From NCBI RefSeq assembly GCF_018350175.1, contig NC_058368.1:37140001-37204000 (forward strand): a stretch of 64,000 nt of DNA. The letters run 5' to 3'. A program made the position numbers and the translations under genes. The notes beneath the pieces were generated by a model. That model searched no databases and was not told where the DNA came from. It saw only the letters and a program-made list of their open reading frames with translations. Source of the DNA: Felis catus (Eukaryota). Shown here in pieces: positions 1-11,611 of this stretch. How positions within the stretch are numbered: position 1 is the first letter of the stretch; each line of letters starts with the position of its first letter.

Positions 1-74
1 ATATTTTTTAGCGGATCTCATTATATTTTGTGCGATTTATTAACTAGTGGATTCAAGGAATTCTGAAAGCTTAC

Positions 75-192
75 TATGCTGTTCCAAAATTTTCCAGATA
101 TTACAAAGGATGCAGAAGTTTTAGTATACAGATATTCATAAAGTTGTCTAGATATAATTTCCAAAGTCTTATAAGCTTTATGATATCATGAA
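75..192 (-). pseudogene. Candidate downstream pseudo-exon (118 nt)
   Basis: ttctttcactgaag| ... ATA|gtaagc. Reads S*YHKAYKTLEIISRQLYEYLYTKTSASFVISGKFWNSI, similar to recalled WDR64 WRAHSLEII. Confidence 0.4.
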
Positions 193-1798
193 CTTCAGTG
201 AAAGAATTATGTTACAGAAATAGAGGTAGACATTTTGTGTTCTAAATCATCCAAGCAAGATTATCTTGGCTTTTTCTAATTATCCTTCCCTAGCTGTGTC
301 CAGAAAGTATAGGAGCTAATCTCAAAAAGACCTCTCTTAACTATACCTTAATATTTTTAGATGTTGGAATAAACTAGTGATCAAAGATTATGTTAAATAA
401 TTGGCAAGTAGTAGCCAAAGGATAAGTAACACCCTAATTAGACTCTCAAGGAAGGTTTAATCTGTGCCAGACTCACCCAGGAATCCTATTACCCAAAAGG
501 TAACTTATTAATGCTAATTATGATTTATTTTTACCTAACTGCAGGGGATCTAATAATGATAGAGCAACATTAAGCAAATAAGACACAGGAAGGGTAGCAT
601 AACAAATAAATGAAGGTCCCCAGTCACCTTTGTTTGACCTCCTGAATTTGCTGCTGTCTTTTTGGGTACCAGTTTTATCATTAGAGTTGGGAAATACACA
701 GGTGTCCCTGAGTTTCTCAAAGAGCTGTGCTTCCTGTTAACTTTCTAAGGTGATTTAGAACAAGAAACATGTAAAGGCACTACAAGTTTGTAAAAATTTC
801 AGTATGTAATACAGAATATTTAGCAGGAAGCGAATCACCAATAATTTAACTGTGTATTTCCAGAATGTGAGAGGATAAATAAAATGTTGACACTGTGGGT
901 AATTTGATCACTGTGACCACTCAGCAAGCTAGTTAACAATCAAGCCATCACAAAAAACTGCAAAGGGAAAAAATGTTTTTTTTTGTGTTCAGCTTTTGCT
1001 GTCTGAAGTGTGAATGTGTCCCAGTGGGTGGATAAATGGTTGGATATTAATCATCCTTGCCTGCCTGGCAAAGCTTCCTGGCTTTCTTGGCTGTGAGTGG
1101 TACACTAGTTAGCTTGTTTTCTAGACTGGCAGCTGCCCATCCCCTGGAGAAGCACTCATGCATCTCTTTCCCTGCCTAAGGGAAAGTTTTACTTTTCCAA
1201 GTTTCATCTCTTACGCTGAAATCAGTGAAAGCAAAACCTGCTCACTAATGCCTTGTATTTCCATCTCATTCATCAGGCTTTAGTCTGACATGCTGGGATA
1301 CCTTAGCACAGTTTATTATTCCCATTCTTGGCCTGTGTTGCCCCAAGCAAAATCTAGCCAAAAGCTTAATAACACTTCCAGCTAGCTTCTCAGTATTCTA
1401 TTGTTTATTTTTACATATTGGTTATGTTTATCACTATCACACAGTGTCTTGTATATAATATCCACTCAAAAATGGTTTTTCCATAAATGATAATAGAAAC
1501 TAGTATCAATTTTTATGATTATTTTTATATATGGTAATATAACGCTTACAAATAAAATCTTTCTTACCTTGTGTTCTAAGAAGCAAAGTATATTTTTAAG
1601 TAAGCAAGCATATTTGTTTGAATTCTATAAAATTAATAAGACAATCCTTGTTTTTCCAATTGTGTCTTAGGAACCAAGGAGAAATAAGAATGTGTTTTGA
1701 TTTGATAATATTTCTAAATGAAGTAGGACTTGTACGATTTATCTGAATCATGATCTTTATCATCTGGTCTTATTTTAGCTTCTCTTTTGCATAAAAAG

Positions 1799-2005
1799 TT
1801 TTTTAAGTTTTTTTTAAATTTATTTATTTTGAGGGGGGGCATGGTAAAGGCACAGAGAGAGAGAAGGAGAGAGAGAATCCCACGTAGGCTCTGTGCTGTC
1901 AGTGCAGAGCCCAACACAGGGCTCAATCTCACCAACTGTTAAGATCATGAACTGAGCTGAAATCAAGCGTCGGATGCTTCACCAGCTGAGCCACCCAGAC
2001 ACCCC
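1799..2005 (-). mobile_element. Can-SINE
   Basis: Poly-T, (GA)n tract, tRNA-derived head ending ccacccagacacccc. Confidence 0.9.
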
Positions 2006-2399
2006 AAGCACTGAAGATTTTTTTGTAAGAAAATAAATTGAAACAAATGAAGTCAATGTGAAGAAACTGCATTTAGTTCCATAGCCAAAGATATCCTTTA
2101 GACTTTTCTAAATTTAAACAATATTACTGACATTTAATTTATCTTACCAAAATGAGACAACTGCTTGGTAGTACTTTCAAAAATCTAAACAACTAATAAC
2201 AACAATTTAAAATTGTTAAACTTAGAAGAGTAATGGTTTTTTAAATCAGAAAGAGTCAAGAAAAAAAAGTTAGGTTTAGTTTTATGCCCCAATAAAGGAG
2301 AGGAGCAAAAGTGAGATCTGGAAGGAATGTGTCCAGTCAAACTGAAGACAATACTCCTTTAACCACGGAAGCATATGACTTTTTAATGTAATATCCAAG

Positions 2400-3520
2400 A
2401 AAAGGTACAAAAATATATGAATGTTTAGGAGTATTGTGATAGAGAAAAGGGAACCCTTATGCACTGTTGATGGGAGTATACACTGGTTTAGCAACTATGG
2501 AAAACAGTATGAAGGTTTCTCAAGAAATTAAAAATAGGACTTCCTTATGATTCAGCAATCCCACTTCTGGGTATATATCCAAAGGAAATAAAATCTGAAG
2601 AGGTATCTGGACCCTCATGTTCATTGTAGCATTATCGCCAAGACATGGAAACAACCTAAATGTTGATGATAAATGAATAAACAAAATGTAGTATGTGTAT
2701 ATATATGATATGCATATGCATTGGAGTATTTTTTTTTTATTTTTTTCAACGTTTTTATTTATTTTTGGGACAGAGAGAGACAGAGCATGAACGGGGGAGG
2801 GGCAGAGAGAGAGGGAGACACAGAATCGGAAACAGGTTCCAGGCTCGGAGCCATCAGCCCAGAGCCTGACGCGGGGCTCGAACTCCCGGACCGCGAGATC
2901 GTGACCTGGCTGAAGTCGTACGCTTAACCGACTGCGCCACCCAGGCGCCCCAACATTGGAGTATTTTTAAGCCATAACAAATTAAATTAGGAAATCCTGC
3001 TATTTGTGATAACATGGATAAACCTAGAGGGCAGTATCCTAAGTGAAATTAATCAGTCACAGAATGATAAATACTACCTGGTGTCACTTATATGTGGAAT
3101 CTTAAGAAGCCACTGTCTGTTTATAGAAAGAGAGAGTAGACTGGTGATTGCCATGGCCTGGGGGATGGGGGAAATAGGGAGATGTTCATTCATCAAATGG
3201 TGCAAAATTTCACTTATAAGATGAATATGTCTGAGGGATGTAATGTACAGCATGGTGACTATAGTTAATAATACTGTGTTGTATACTTGAGAGTTACTAA
3301 GAGAGTAGGCAAATATTCTCACCACACAAACACACCACATACATACAAATGATAACTATGTGAGGGGGTGGATGTGTTAACTAACCTTATTCTGATCATC
3401 ATTTTGCAATATATATGCATATATCAAATTACAAACACATTGTACAAACACAAAGTACAAACAAATTGTACATGTTACACTCACACAAGATTATATATCA
3501 GTTATCTCAATAAAGCTTAA
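2400..3520 (+). mobile_element. Old L1 3' fragment (ORF2 end and 3'UTR), interrupted by a SINE
   Basis: gagaaaagggaaccct...cagcaatcccacttctgggtatatatccaaag...tatctcaataaagc. Confidence 0.9.
2734..2950 (-). mobile_element. Young SINEC_Fc-type SINE
   Basis: CpG-rich full-length body; TSD cattggagtattttt on both sides. Confidence 0.95.
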
Positions 3521-3524
3521 GGAG

Positions 3525-3742
3525 GGGCACCTGGGTTGCTCCGTTGGTTGGGCGACCGACTTTGGCTCAGGTCATGATCTTGCAGTTTGTGAGTTCGAGC
3601 CCAACGTCGGGCTCTGTGCTGACAGCTCAGAGCCTGGAGCCTGCTTCAGATTCTGTGTCTCCCCCTCTCTCTGCCCTTCCCCTGCTCACTCTCTGTGTCT
3701 CTCTGTCTCTCAATAATAAATAAACATTTAAAAAATTTTTAA
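3525..3742 (+). mobile_element. Can-SINE
   Basis: ggggcacctggg head, CT tract, A tail; TSD aaagcttaagga. Confidence 0.95.
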
Positions 3743-4210
3743 AAAGCTTAAGGAAAAAAATACTTTCAGAAAAATTAACCCAGAGAAAATAGAATTGATA
3801 CTATAGAATGCTTGCAGTGGCCCAGGAAAAAAAAGAATAATATGAATATTTTTTCATTGTTATCAGCATTGTGTTCCCCATCAACAACAGAGAATACTTG
3901 TGGAATACCTATAGTTTTAATGAAATTAAAATATTAACTCCATATTTACTCTGAATATCTACACACATAGGCATATGCATGCATGCAAACACATATATTT
4001 GGTTGTAGAAAAAAATAAATGTACATGGAAGATTTTATTTAGTTAAATTCAAGTAAAAGGATTTAGTTAGATAACCTTTTATGGTTTTCTAAAATGCCTT
4101 GGTTACTATGAAATCCAGGTTTTACTTTATGTACTCTCCACTTACTCATATACACAATCTAGCTGAACAGTTTTTCCTGATTCTTTTCTCTCTGTCTCTC
4201 TTTTTTCTTG

Positions 4211-4212
4211 AT

Positions 4213-4251
<39 letters not shown>

Positions 4252-4254
4252 TTT
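4211..4254. repeat. (TTTA)n microsatellite
   Basis: Direct reading. Confidence 0.95.
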
Positions 4255-4398
4255 GAAATAAGTAGCTATTTTACATTAAAAAGCAAATTCCCTTATAACA
4301 TAATAAGGTCCCTTATTAGGCCTGAATTTCCCAGTCTGCAGATGACCCTTGGGGTCCAAACAGTGAAAGCTTGCTGCTTTCAGAGCTAGGCTTCTCAC

Positions 4399-4524
4399 CA
4401 TGTCTCTCCTTCGTTTTTCTCTCCCATCCAGTGATTTCTGCAGAATCACTGAAGTTCCTGCTTGTACCTCTTTGGCCACTGCGCCCAAACTTTGACATTC
4501 TCATCCCGGTCACCTCACAGGCAG
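4399..4524 (-). pseudogene. WD40 pseudo-exon (126 nt)
   Basis: Acceptor cttctccttacctacag| and donor |gtgaga. One frame reads CL*GDRDENVKVW (WD40 end motif); a shifted frame reads SGQ..DSAEITGWERK. Confidence 0.65.
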
Positions 4525-4543
4525 CTGTAGGTAAGGAGAAGCT

Positions 4544-4740
4544 ATTATATTTATTATATTATATTTATATATTTATATATATTTATATATTATAATTTAT
4601 ATATATAATATATAATTATATAATAATATATAATTATATATTTATATATTATATAATTATATAAATTATATAATATATATTTATATATATTATATAATTT
4701 ATATATTATATAATTTATATATATTTATATATTATATTTA
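4544..4740. repeat. AT-only low-complexity tract
   Basis: About 200 nt of A/T with degenerate TA repeats. Confidence 0.95.
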
Positions 4741-4799
4741 GGTTTATTAGGTTTATAATTCACTTTTCCAGATTTTAGTGGACAGTGTGGGAGAAGGCT

Positions 4800-5050
4800 C
4801 TAAATTTCCCAGCACCATTCTCTGAAAAGATGATCCTTCCCCCGCATTGAGTGGTCTTGGGAAAGAAGAGCAAAGTTGGAAGAGGCACACTTCTTCATTT
4901 CGAAACTTTTTATAAAGCTACAGTAATCAAAACAGTGTGGCTCTAGCATAAGGGTGGACCTGAAGATCAGTGGAACAGAGTTACAAGTCCAGAAATAAAC
5001 TCTCCCATTTATGGTGAATGGATTATTGACAAGAGGGACAAGACCACTCA
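4800..5050. mobile_element. Old L1 ORF2 fragments in opposite orientations
   Basis: tttcccagcaccatt..gtcttgg (minus) abuts aaagttgga..aaagctacagtaatcaaaacagtgtgg (plus). Confidence 0.75.
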
Positions 5051-5266
5051 GTGATTGTTTTCTCTTTAAGGAGATAGTATGGCTCTGCTGATCTTAGGGT
5101 GACTAGACCTGGAATTAAAAGCAAATGTAATGCTGATATTTTCAGACCCCAAATCTGTAGTTTCCACCCTAGTATAGTCTGTGAAATTAGAGCTTCATGT
5201 TCCAGAGTGTTAGGTCAAATTATTTTTCAAAGGACATAGACTCTAATTAAGACAAATACTTTTTTA

Positions 5267-5483
5267 AAAAAAATTTTTTTTTCAACATTTATTTATTTTT
5301 GGGACAGAGAGAGACAGAGCATGAACGGGGGAGGGGCAGAGAGAGGGAGACACAGAATTGGAAACAGGCTCCAGGCTCTGAGCCATCAGCCCAGAGCCTG
5401 ACGCGGGGCTCGAACTCACGGACCGCGAGATCGTGACCTGGCTGAAGTCGGACGCTTAACCGACTGCGCCACCCAGGCGCCCC
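5267..5483 (-). mobile_element. Young SINEC_Fc-type SINE
   Basis: CpG-rich; TSD aagacaaatacttttt. Confidence 0.95.
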
Positions 5484-5504
5484 AAGACAAATACTTTTTA
5501 AGAA

Positions 5505-5740
5505 GGAATGACAATTAAGTGCAATGTAGGATCCTGGTCCAGAAGAAGAACAATAGAGAGAAAGCAAATGAGATACAAATAATGTCTGTAGTTTAATAGC
5601 GTGGTATCAATATTAATTATCCATATAATTATTCATAATTATATGAAATGTTAACATGAAGGCAAACTAGGTGAAGTGAGGACTCTCTGTAGTATTTTTG
5701 CAACTTTTCTGTAAGTGAAAAGTATTTGAAAAACTAAAAA
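5505..5740 (+). mobile_element. Ancient L1 3' end
   Basis: ggactctctgtagtatttttgcaacttttctgtaagt is typical of old L1 3' ends. Confidence 0.7.
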
Positions 5741-5756
5741 AAAATCTTTTAAATAC

Positions 5757-5902
5757 CTTCTTTAATGGTATCAAAATAGCAAAGCAGCCTAGGTTAACTC
5801 ACTGCCCCAGATCTCATTTTCCATGGTTGTTACATGGATGAAGTCTGTGTCTCTTCTGATGATTTTCCTATCACAATATTCTACTCACTGCCACTTTGTG
5901 AC
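5757..5902 (-). pseudogene. WD40 pseudo-exon (146 nt)
   Basis: ccttataccag|GTC...AGAAG|gtattt. With frameshifts it reads SGSE*NIVI, KRHRLHPCNNHGK*DL and FDT. The AGA AG end is phase-compatible with the CL*GDRD frame of the next exon. Confidence 0.55.
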
Positions 5903-5954
5903 CTGGTATAAGGTCAATATTTGGGGAGTTACTGCATTTCTCCTGTAAGCTTGC

Positions 5955-6004
5955 CCGCCATTAAATTTTCCTATACAGTGGCAAGAGAGTTACGGCCTTG
6001 CAGT
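5955..6004 (-). pseudogene. WD40 pseudo-exon (50 nt)
   Basis: ttggtttag|AC TGC AAG GCC GTA ACT... reads CKAVTLLPLYRKI*WR and ends at gcaagc (GC or decayed donor). Resembles the recalled WDR49 stretch KAVTCVLYNSILKQ. Confidence 0.45.
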
Positions 6005-6182
6005 CTAAACCAACAGGTGACCCATAGACATGGTGAACATTGAGAATAAAATAAACTACAATATTGATAATTTTTAGTATTAATTAAAACTTCTAATAAT
6101 AAATATTAATGCCAGCATTCATTTAGACAGGCTACAAGATTAAGAGGCTTATGTAAACATCAGCCATCCTTCTGTTATTCAC

Positions 6183-6388
6183 CTTTGCTTAGTCTTAGCA
6201 TTGTCTCTGTCTAGGCCTGAGTAGCTATCTTGGATATCACTCTTCTGGAATCTACTATGTTTGCAACTCTGCAGTACAGTATAATAAGCCATCGTGGATC
6301 ATTATCATGTTCTGGAAGGTTTTTTGTGGCATTCCCACAAAACAGGACTTTTTGTTTGCTTTTCTGTTCATCTCGCTTAGTCTGTTAG
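6183..6388 (-). pseudogene. WD40-family pseudo-exon (206 nt)
   Basis: catttctttag| ... AGC AAA G|gtgaat. Frame reads NLPEHDNDPRWLII...ETMLRLSK; its phase-1 end matches the phase-1 start of the 6004 exon. Confidence 0.5.
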
Positions 6389-6444
6389 CTAAAGAAATGA
6401 TGTGGTTTACCTTTTTGACCTTCCTGGTTTACTTGTTAAGAAAA

Positions 6445-6669
6445 TTTCTTTTAATTTTTATTTATGTTTGAGAGAGAGAGCACGCAAGAGCACACACAGG
6501 CACACATGAGAGGGGGAGGGACAGAGAGAGAGGGAGGCAGAATCCGAAGCAGGCTTCAGGCTCTGAGGTGTCAGCACACAGCCCAACATAGGGCGTGGAC
6601 CCACAACCTGTGAGATCATGACCTGAGCCAAAGTCGGATGCTTAACCGACTAAGCTACCCAGGTGCCCC
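6445..6669 (-). mobile_element. Can-SINE
   Basis: Full body; TSD ctggtttacttgtt. Confidence 0.92.
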
Positions 6670-6699
6670 TCTGGTTTACTTGTTTAAAATAAAGCATAT

Positions 6700-6883
6700 C
6701 AGAGAGGAGGTGGGCAGGGCCATGAGTGAAATAGATGAAGAGGGCTAATAGTACACTTATCATGATGAGCATTGGATAATGATGTATAAGATTGTTGAAA
6801 CACTGTACTATATATCTGAAACTACTACAATACTGTATGTTAGCTATGCTGGAATTGAAATAAAAAACTTAAGAAAAAAAAAG
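6700..6883 (+). mobile_element. Carnivore L1 3' end (5'-truncated)
   Basis: tacacttatcatgatgagca..tgaaactactacaatactgtatgtt..aataaa and A tail. Confidence 0.85.
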
Positions 6884-7662
6884 AGATCAGGAGCAGATTT
6901 CTTGTTTGGTTACCTAACTTCTTTGCTCTTATTATTAGAAAAATGAGAGAAAAAAATTAAGATCTTTTCCTAGTCATCGATTTTCTGATACACAGCCTCT
7001 CTTTTGAAACTAAAGCTTGGATCACTACAGATTTTTATAGGCAAGGTTTATGCATGAAACCGTTCTCTCCTGGCTCTCTTAATAATAAGGTTAGCTGACT
7101 TTTTAGCTCAGAGACAAAGCAGGTTCTGATTCAAGTTACTGTCAGTTTTAATTTAAGCCCATTAGAATGTAACTTTTAATCCACATGTAAGCTGACAATA
7201 CTAAGTTTTTCAATAAGAATGTAAAGTTAATTCTCACAGCAGTCTTAAAAAAAATCAGTGAATTTTTCTGGGCCTTTAGTTCTTTCCTACAAAATGAAGT
7301 TAGTAATTCTCTCAGTTAATTACCAAAGTTCTGCGAAAAGCAAATAGTCATCTGCAGGGAACGTGATGTAATAAGAGTATTAACACTGAATAGTGACAAT
7401 TAACCGGGCATCTCTGATTAGGTGCCTTGAAATTGAATGTTGCTTGAGGGAAATTCATGGCCTTGCTATGTCTCCTAACATTCCCCAAAATGAGAAGGTG
7501 GTTTGGGGAGATAGATTTATATTCAGAATCTTTTCAACCTGTCCTCAAGAAGCAGGGCAAGGCCGGGGCACAGCACTCTGCAAACGGCTCTGAGGAAGTT
7601 ATTTAATCAATATGCTTAGGTGTCATATCTTCTTTTAATTTCTTACCATCTTTCCCCTCTTA

Positions 7663-7888
7663 GTTTTTCATGTTTGTGTATTTATTTTGAGAGAGAGAGT
7701 GTGAGCACGCGTGAGTGGAGAAAGGGCAGAGAGAGAGAGGGAGACAGAGAGAGAGAGAGAATCCCCAGCAGGCTCTGCACTGTCAGCACAGAGCCCGACA
7801 TGGCACTCGATCCCACAAACCACAAGATCATGACCCGAGCTGAAATCAAGAGTCGGATGCTTAACCGACTGAGCCACCCAGGCGCCCC
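7663..7888 (-). mobile_element. Can-SINE
   Basis: TSD tctttcccctctta. Confidence 0.95.
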
Positions 7889-8139
7889 TCTTTCCCCTCT
7901 TATGTGCTTATTTTACTCTGAAACGTGTTCCAGTAATTTGAATCCCTCTTTATAGTTTGCAGACTCTATTTGGAAGAGAAATTTCCTTATTCATTTTTAG
8001 AACGTATTTAATGCATAGCACACTGCTCTGCGTGTAGTAGGTGCTTAGTAAATATTGGTTGAATTCAAATAAAGAAATATAGCCTTTAAGTTTTAACATT
8101 TCCCTTAAAAAATCATTTTTAAAAAATCTGAAAGGGAAA

Positions 8140-8179
<40 letters not shown>
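8140..8179. repeat. (TG)n microsatellite
   Basis: Direct reading. Confidence 0.95.
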
Positions 8180-8181
<2 letters not shown>

Positions 8182-8270
8182 GAAGATCAAGCCAGGAAGG
8201 GGAAACAGTATATACAGAAGCTGTGTGAGGAGACTGTGCCAAATGTTATTCTAGGCAGTGTGATTCAGGA

Positions 8271-8482
8271 CAGTGGTTCTCAACCAGGGTGATTTTGCTC
8301 CCCCAAGGAAGCAACTGGCGATATCTGGGGACATTTTTCATTGTCTTGAGCTGTGGAGTGGATAGCCCTGCTGCTGGCATATAACAGGAAGAGAACAGGG
8401 ATGCCTCTAAACTCTCTGGAATGTACAAGACCAATGATTATCTGGCCCAAAATGTCACCAGTGCCAAGGTCGAGGAACTCTG
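8271..8482 (+). mobile_element. MER20-like hAT DNA transposon (MITE)
   Basis: cagtggttctcaaccagggtgattttgc...tatctggcccaaaatgtca..gaggaactctg. Confidence 0.88.
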
Positions 8483-9222
8483 CTGTAGACGAAACCAAGC
8501 TGGGGTCAATGTGATAAAATAGAGATGTTATCAGGACATTGCCCTTCACCAAATGAATGTGAAATTATTATGTGCTTGCTTCTTATTTTAAGTACGTATT
8601 TGCTCATTTGCTCTCCTATTCCACATAATAGTACTCTAGTGGAAATGAAAATCTTTGCCTTTGAAGTTAGAGTAGAAGCAGTACCTGGAATAGCTTTCTT
8701 TCAAGGACTTCCTTATTCTGGCATCTTGAATTTTTTTCTCCTCTCTGTGATCTTACCAGAAAGATTGTTGGGCAAACTTCTTATACCTAGGCAGGATGAA
8801 CAGTTTCTGCCTTTTGGGAAGGCAAATTTACCTCTATGTCTTTTCCTCTTCTGCTGTTTTTTGGGGGTGCTAGGGAATGGATGTATTTGCTACAAGACTG
8901 CGGGGTAAAAGTTAACGTAACAAAAGTAACATTTGAAAAGAGAGTCTGACAACCAAAACACATTTCAAAGGTGGAAATCAGGAACAGCATCCACATTAGC
9001 ACTGTGGCCAAATTTAACTTGAGTTAGGGATTTCAGTTATTCTATATGATATTTTATTTTAAATTTATAGAGCATTCTCTTACATGGGTTTGAAAAGTGA
9101 CTAGGGCAAGTGAGATTGCCTTATGATATCAGAGATTTGGTGACCATTGGATCCTTGAGGTCATGGCACAATTAGGCTGAGGAATCCTGGCTTGGAACCT
9201 GGAAGCCCTAAGTTAGTCTTAC

Positions 9223-9364
9223 AATATTCTTGGTTGTCCTTATACTCTGGATCGAGGATAACCCAGGGCAGAGTCTTGAGCTGTTTGCTAGTGCAAATAT
9301 TGAGATTTTCCTTAGCCAGTCAAGCAAAACCAATAATCAGCTCAAAGTTGTCAGTGTTTAGGGC
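9223..9364 (-). pseudogene. Candidate upstream pseudo-exon (142 nt)
   Basis: gagtttcag| ... |gtaaga. Reads FELIIG and, in another frame, ends GQPRI; weak resemblance to the family. Confidence 0.3.
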
Positions 9365-10509
9365 CTGAAACTCATTTTGGTGAAATGCTCAGGCCATTGG
9401 ACGTAACCCTTAGATAATAATCTACTGTGCTTGTTGACACATCACAGCCCTCCATCCTCTGAGTTCTGACTCTAACCTATAATCATGTTTGTACTAGTTT
9501 TCTCAATAATATGAACAATTTGCCTATGAGCTGAAATATACAATACCCATTATTATAAATCTACCCATACTGTAGGTCCAATTCATGGTTTTTAATGTGA
9601 ACACCTTACCTACTTCTTTGGCTTTCAACCTCTGAATTTTTGTCTGTTTTTTTTCTGTGGTGAAGAAGAAGTTTCATAGCTCAGCAGAGTCTTAGAACTT
9701 TTTTTAAATAAACATTCTCTAAAACGCAGCTGCATCTAGCTATAAGACATCAAGCAAGTGACCCAGGACTTGTTATTTTTATGCTCAGTTTCTGTGTAGC
9801 TAAGGCAAGAGCTTTTTCTTGGTCTCTGCTCAGTGACATGCAAAAACCTGAAGCTTTTAAAGTCGAAGAGGAAACAGAGAAGGTAAGCTTTTGTTTCACA
9901 AAGAAATCCCAGCAAGTTACCTAGGGATGCATTATTAATCAGCTCCTCTTGTTTACCATAGGGTATCACTTTGTTGATATTCATCCTGTCTGTTGGTAAA
10001 AAAGGGGAGGAGGGAGGAGATTGAATAACATCAGTACTCTTACAATGGGTCTCTGTTTCTGCTTTCTGCTTGGAAATTTAGTACAGTGCATGGCTGTTTT
10101 GGTAATTGCGGTACAAAAACATCTGTGGAGGATGGTTTAACATGTTTGTCTCTGCGGAGTCCATAGCAAATCACATGTACATCAGCAACTCTCAGATAGT
10201 TCCTAAAGATGGCCCCTAACTACTGAGCACACATCAGGGAAATGATGTATAATTTAGATCCTGATATAGAGAAAAAAAAGTGAAAGAAATTTGACCTACT
10301 GAAAGTTTCTCATTAACTTTCTAGAGAGTTAGTAGTCGTTTCCTGGTTTTGTCAGGAAAGCCCGTGTTTGGCAAGTATTTTGAGTCTATGAACATTGTAC
10401 CCTGCTAATGATACCCAAAAAAATTCACACTGTGCTTTGAGGACAGATCTACTCTTTATTACCAAGAGGCTTAGTTCTGTTAAGTTGCCTCCACGAAGAT
10501 TCCATGATC

Positions 10510-10670
10510 TAGACTGGCTTCGTAACTGGTCAGGTGCAGTGGCAAATGACACTAACAGGGACCTTGTTTAAAAATTACAAAGAATTTTAAGATGGCAACA
10601 GCAGGGCATTAAACCAAGCATGGGATCCTCTGTGACTACTCAGACCGCACAACCACGAAGCATGTCTGCA
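10510..10670 (-). mobile_element. MER45A-like hAT-Tip100 element
   Basis: aagatggcaacagcagggcattaaaccaagca matches the reverse complement of the recalled MER45A core. Confidence 0.7.
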
Positions 10671-10869
10671 AAGCTGGCACGGACGTATGTCCATGAAGGT
10701 TACTTGGAAATGATGATACCCATTATCTATTCCTCACAAGGAAAGCCCTGTACATAATTTGTTTTAATTATAAAGTTCTCCATATTACTTTCTAATGCAT
10801 CCAAAAATATTTTTCTCTTTTTGTATTGAAGAATGCTTGAAAAGCCCAACTCATGCCATGTTTTTGGTA

Positions 10870-11530
10870 ATTTTATTTAGGTATAGTGGAAATAAATGGA
10901 AGTACACATATTTTGAGTGCAAGATTTAGCAATTTTCAGCATATGCATCCACCTAAAAGACCATCACTACCATAAAGGTAACAAGTATATTTATCATCCT
11001 CAAAAGCTTCTTTGTGCCCTTTTGTAATCCATCCTTTCTCCTCTACACCCTGTCCCCTGACAACCATTGATAGACTTTCTGTCACTGTAGATCAGTTTGA
11101 ATTTTCTGCAAGCATGGAATATGTACACTTGTCTAGCTTTTTTCCCCTCAACATAATGATTTTGAAGTTCATTCATATTGCTACATGTATCAATATTTCA
11201 TTCCTTTTTATTGCTGATAAGTAGTCCTTTCAGTAAACTGTTTATCCATCATATGTTAATAGACATTTGTGCTTTCTCTGGTGTTTAGCTCTTATGTGTA
11301 AAGCTGCTATGAATACCCATTCTTGTTCGAAATATATTGTTGTTGTTGTTGTTTTTAATTTTCTTGGGTAAATACCCAGGATAGGAATAGTTGAGTTACA
11401 TTGCAGTTAAACGTTTACATTTTTAAGAAAGTGCCAAATTGTTTCCTAAAGTGGCTGTTCCATTATACATTCCCACCAGCAATATGTGAAGGTTCTGGTG
11501 GTTCCATATACTCAAAACACTTGATATGGT
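10870..11530 (-). mobile_element. Old L1 3' fragment
   Basis: aaagctgctatgaa..ttgggtaaataccc..cattcccaccagcaat. Confidence 0.88.
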
Positions 11531-11611
11531 CGGAGGAGACCACCTCATGCTATATTTAATTCTCTTCTAATATTACCTTAAATTCATTTATAGGGAATTC
11601 TCAGAGAATTG

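Larger units (their letters stand above)
75..9364 (-). pseudogene. Decayed multi-exon WD40-repeat pseudogene, WDR49/WDR64/WDR95/EFCAB8 (WDY-like) family
   Basis: Colinear minus-strand exon remnants, several with canonical AG/GT ends, translating with stops and frameshifts to LPEHDNDP..MLRLSK / KAVTLLPLY / SGSE..RHRLHPCNNHGK..FDT / GDRDENVKVW..DSAEITGWERK / DGE..EKIF / KAYKTLEIIS..FVISG. Family assignment is from recalled motifs, not a search. Confidence 0.6.

Noticed and set aside
628..744. Open 117-nt minus-strand exon candidate
   Set aside because: The donor (gtgact) is weak and no motif fits the WD40 order, so it cannot be supported.
2721..2927. Recurrent ORFs of the type YFWDRERQSMNGGGAEREGDTES (also at 25539, 26599, 29142)
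   Set aside because: They are antisense translations of SINEC_Fc.
3525..3610. tRNA-like A/B boxes
   Set aside because: These are heads of tRNA-derived Can-SINEs, not tRNA genes.
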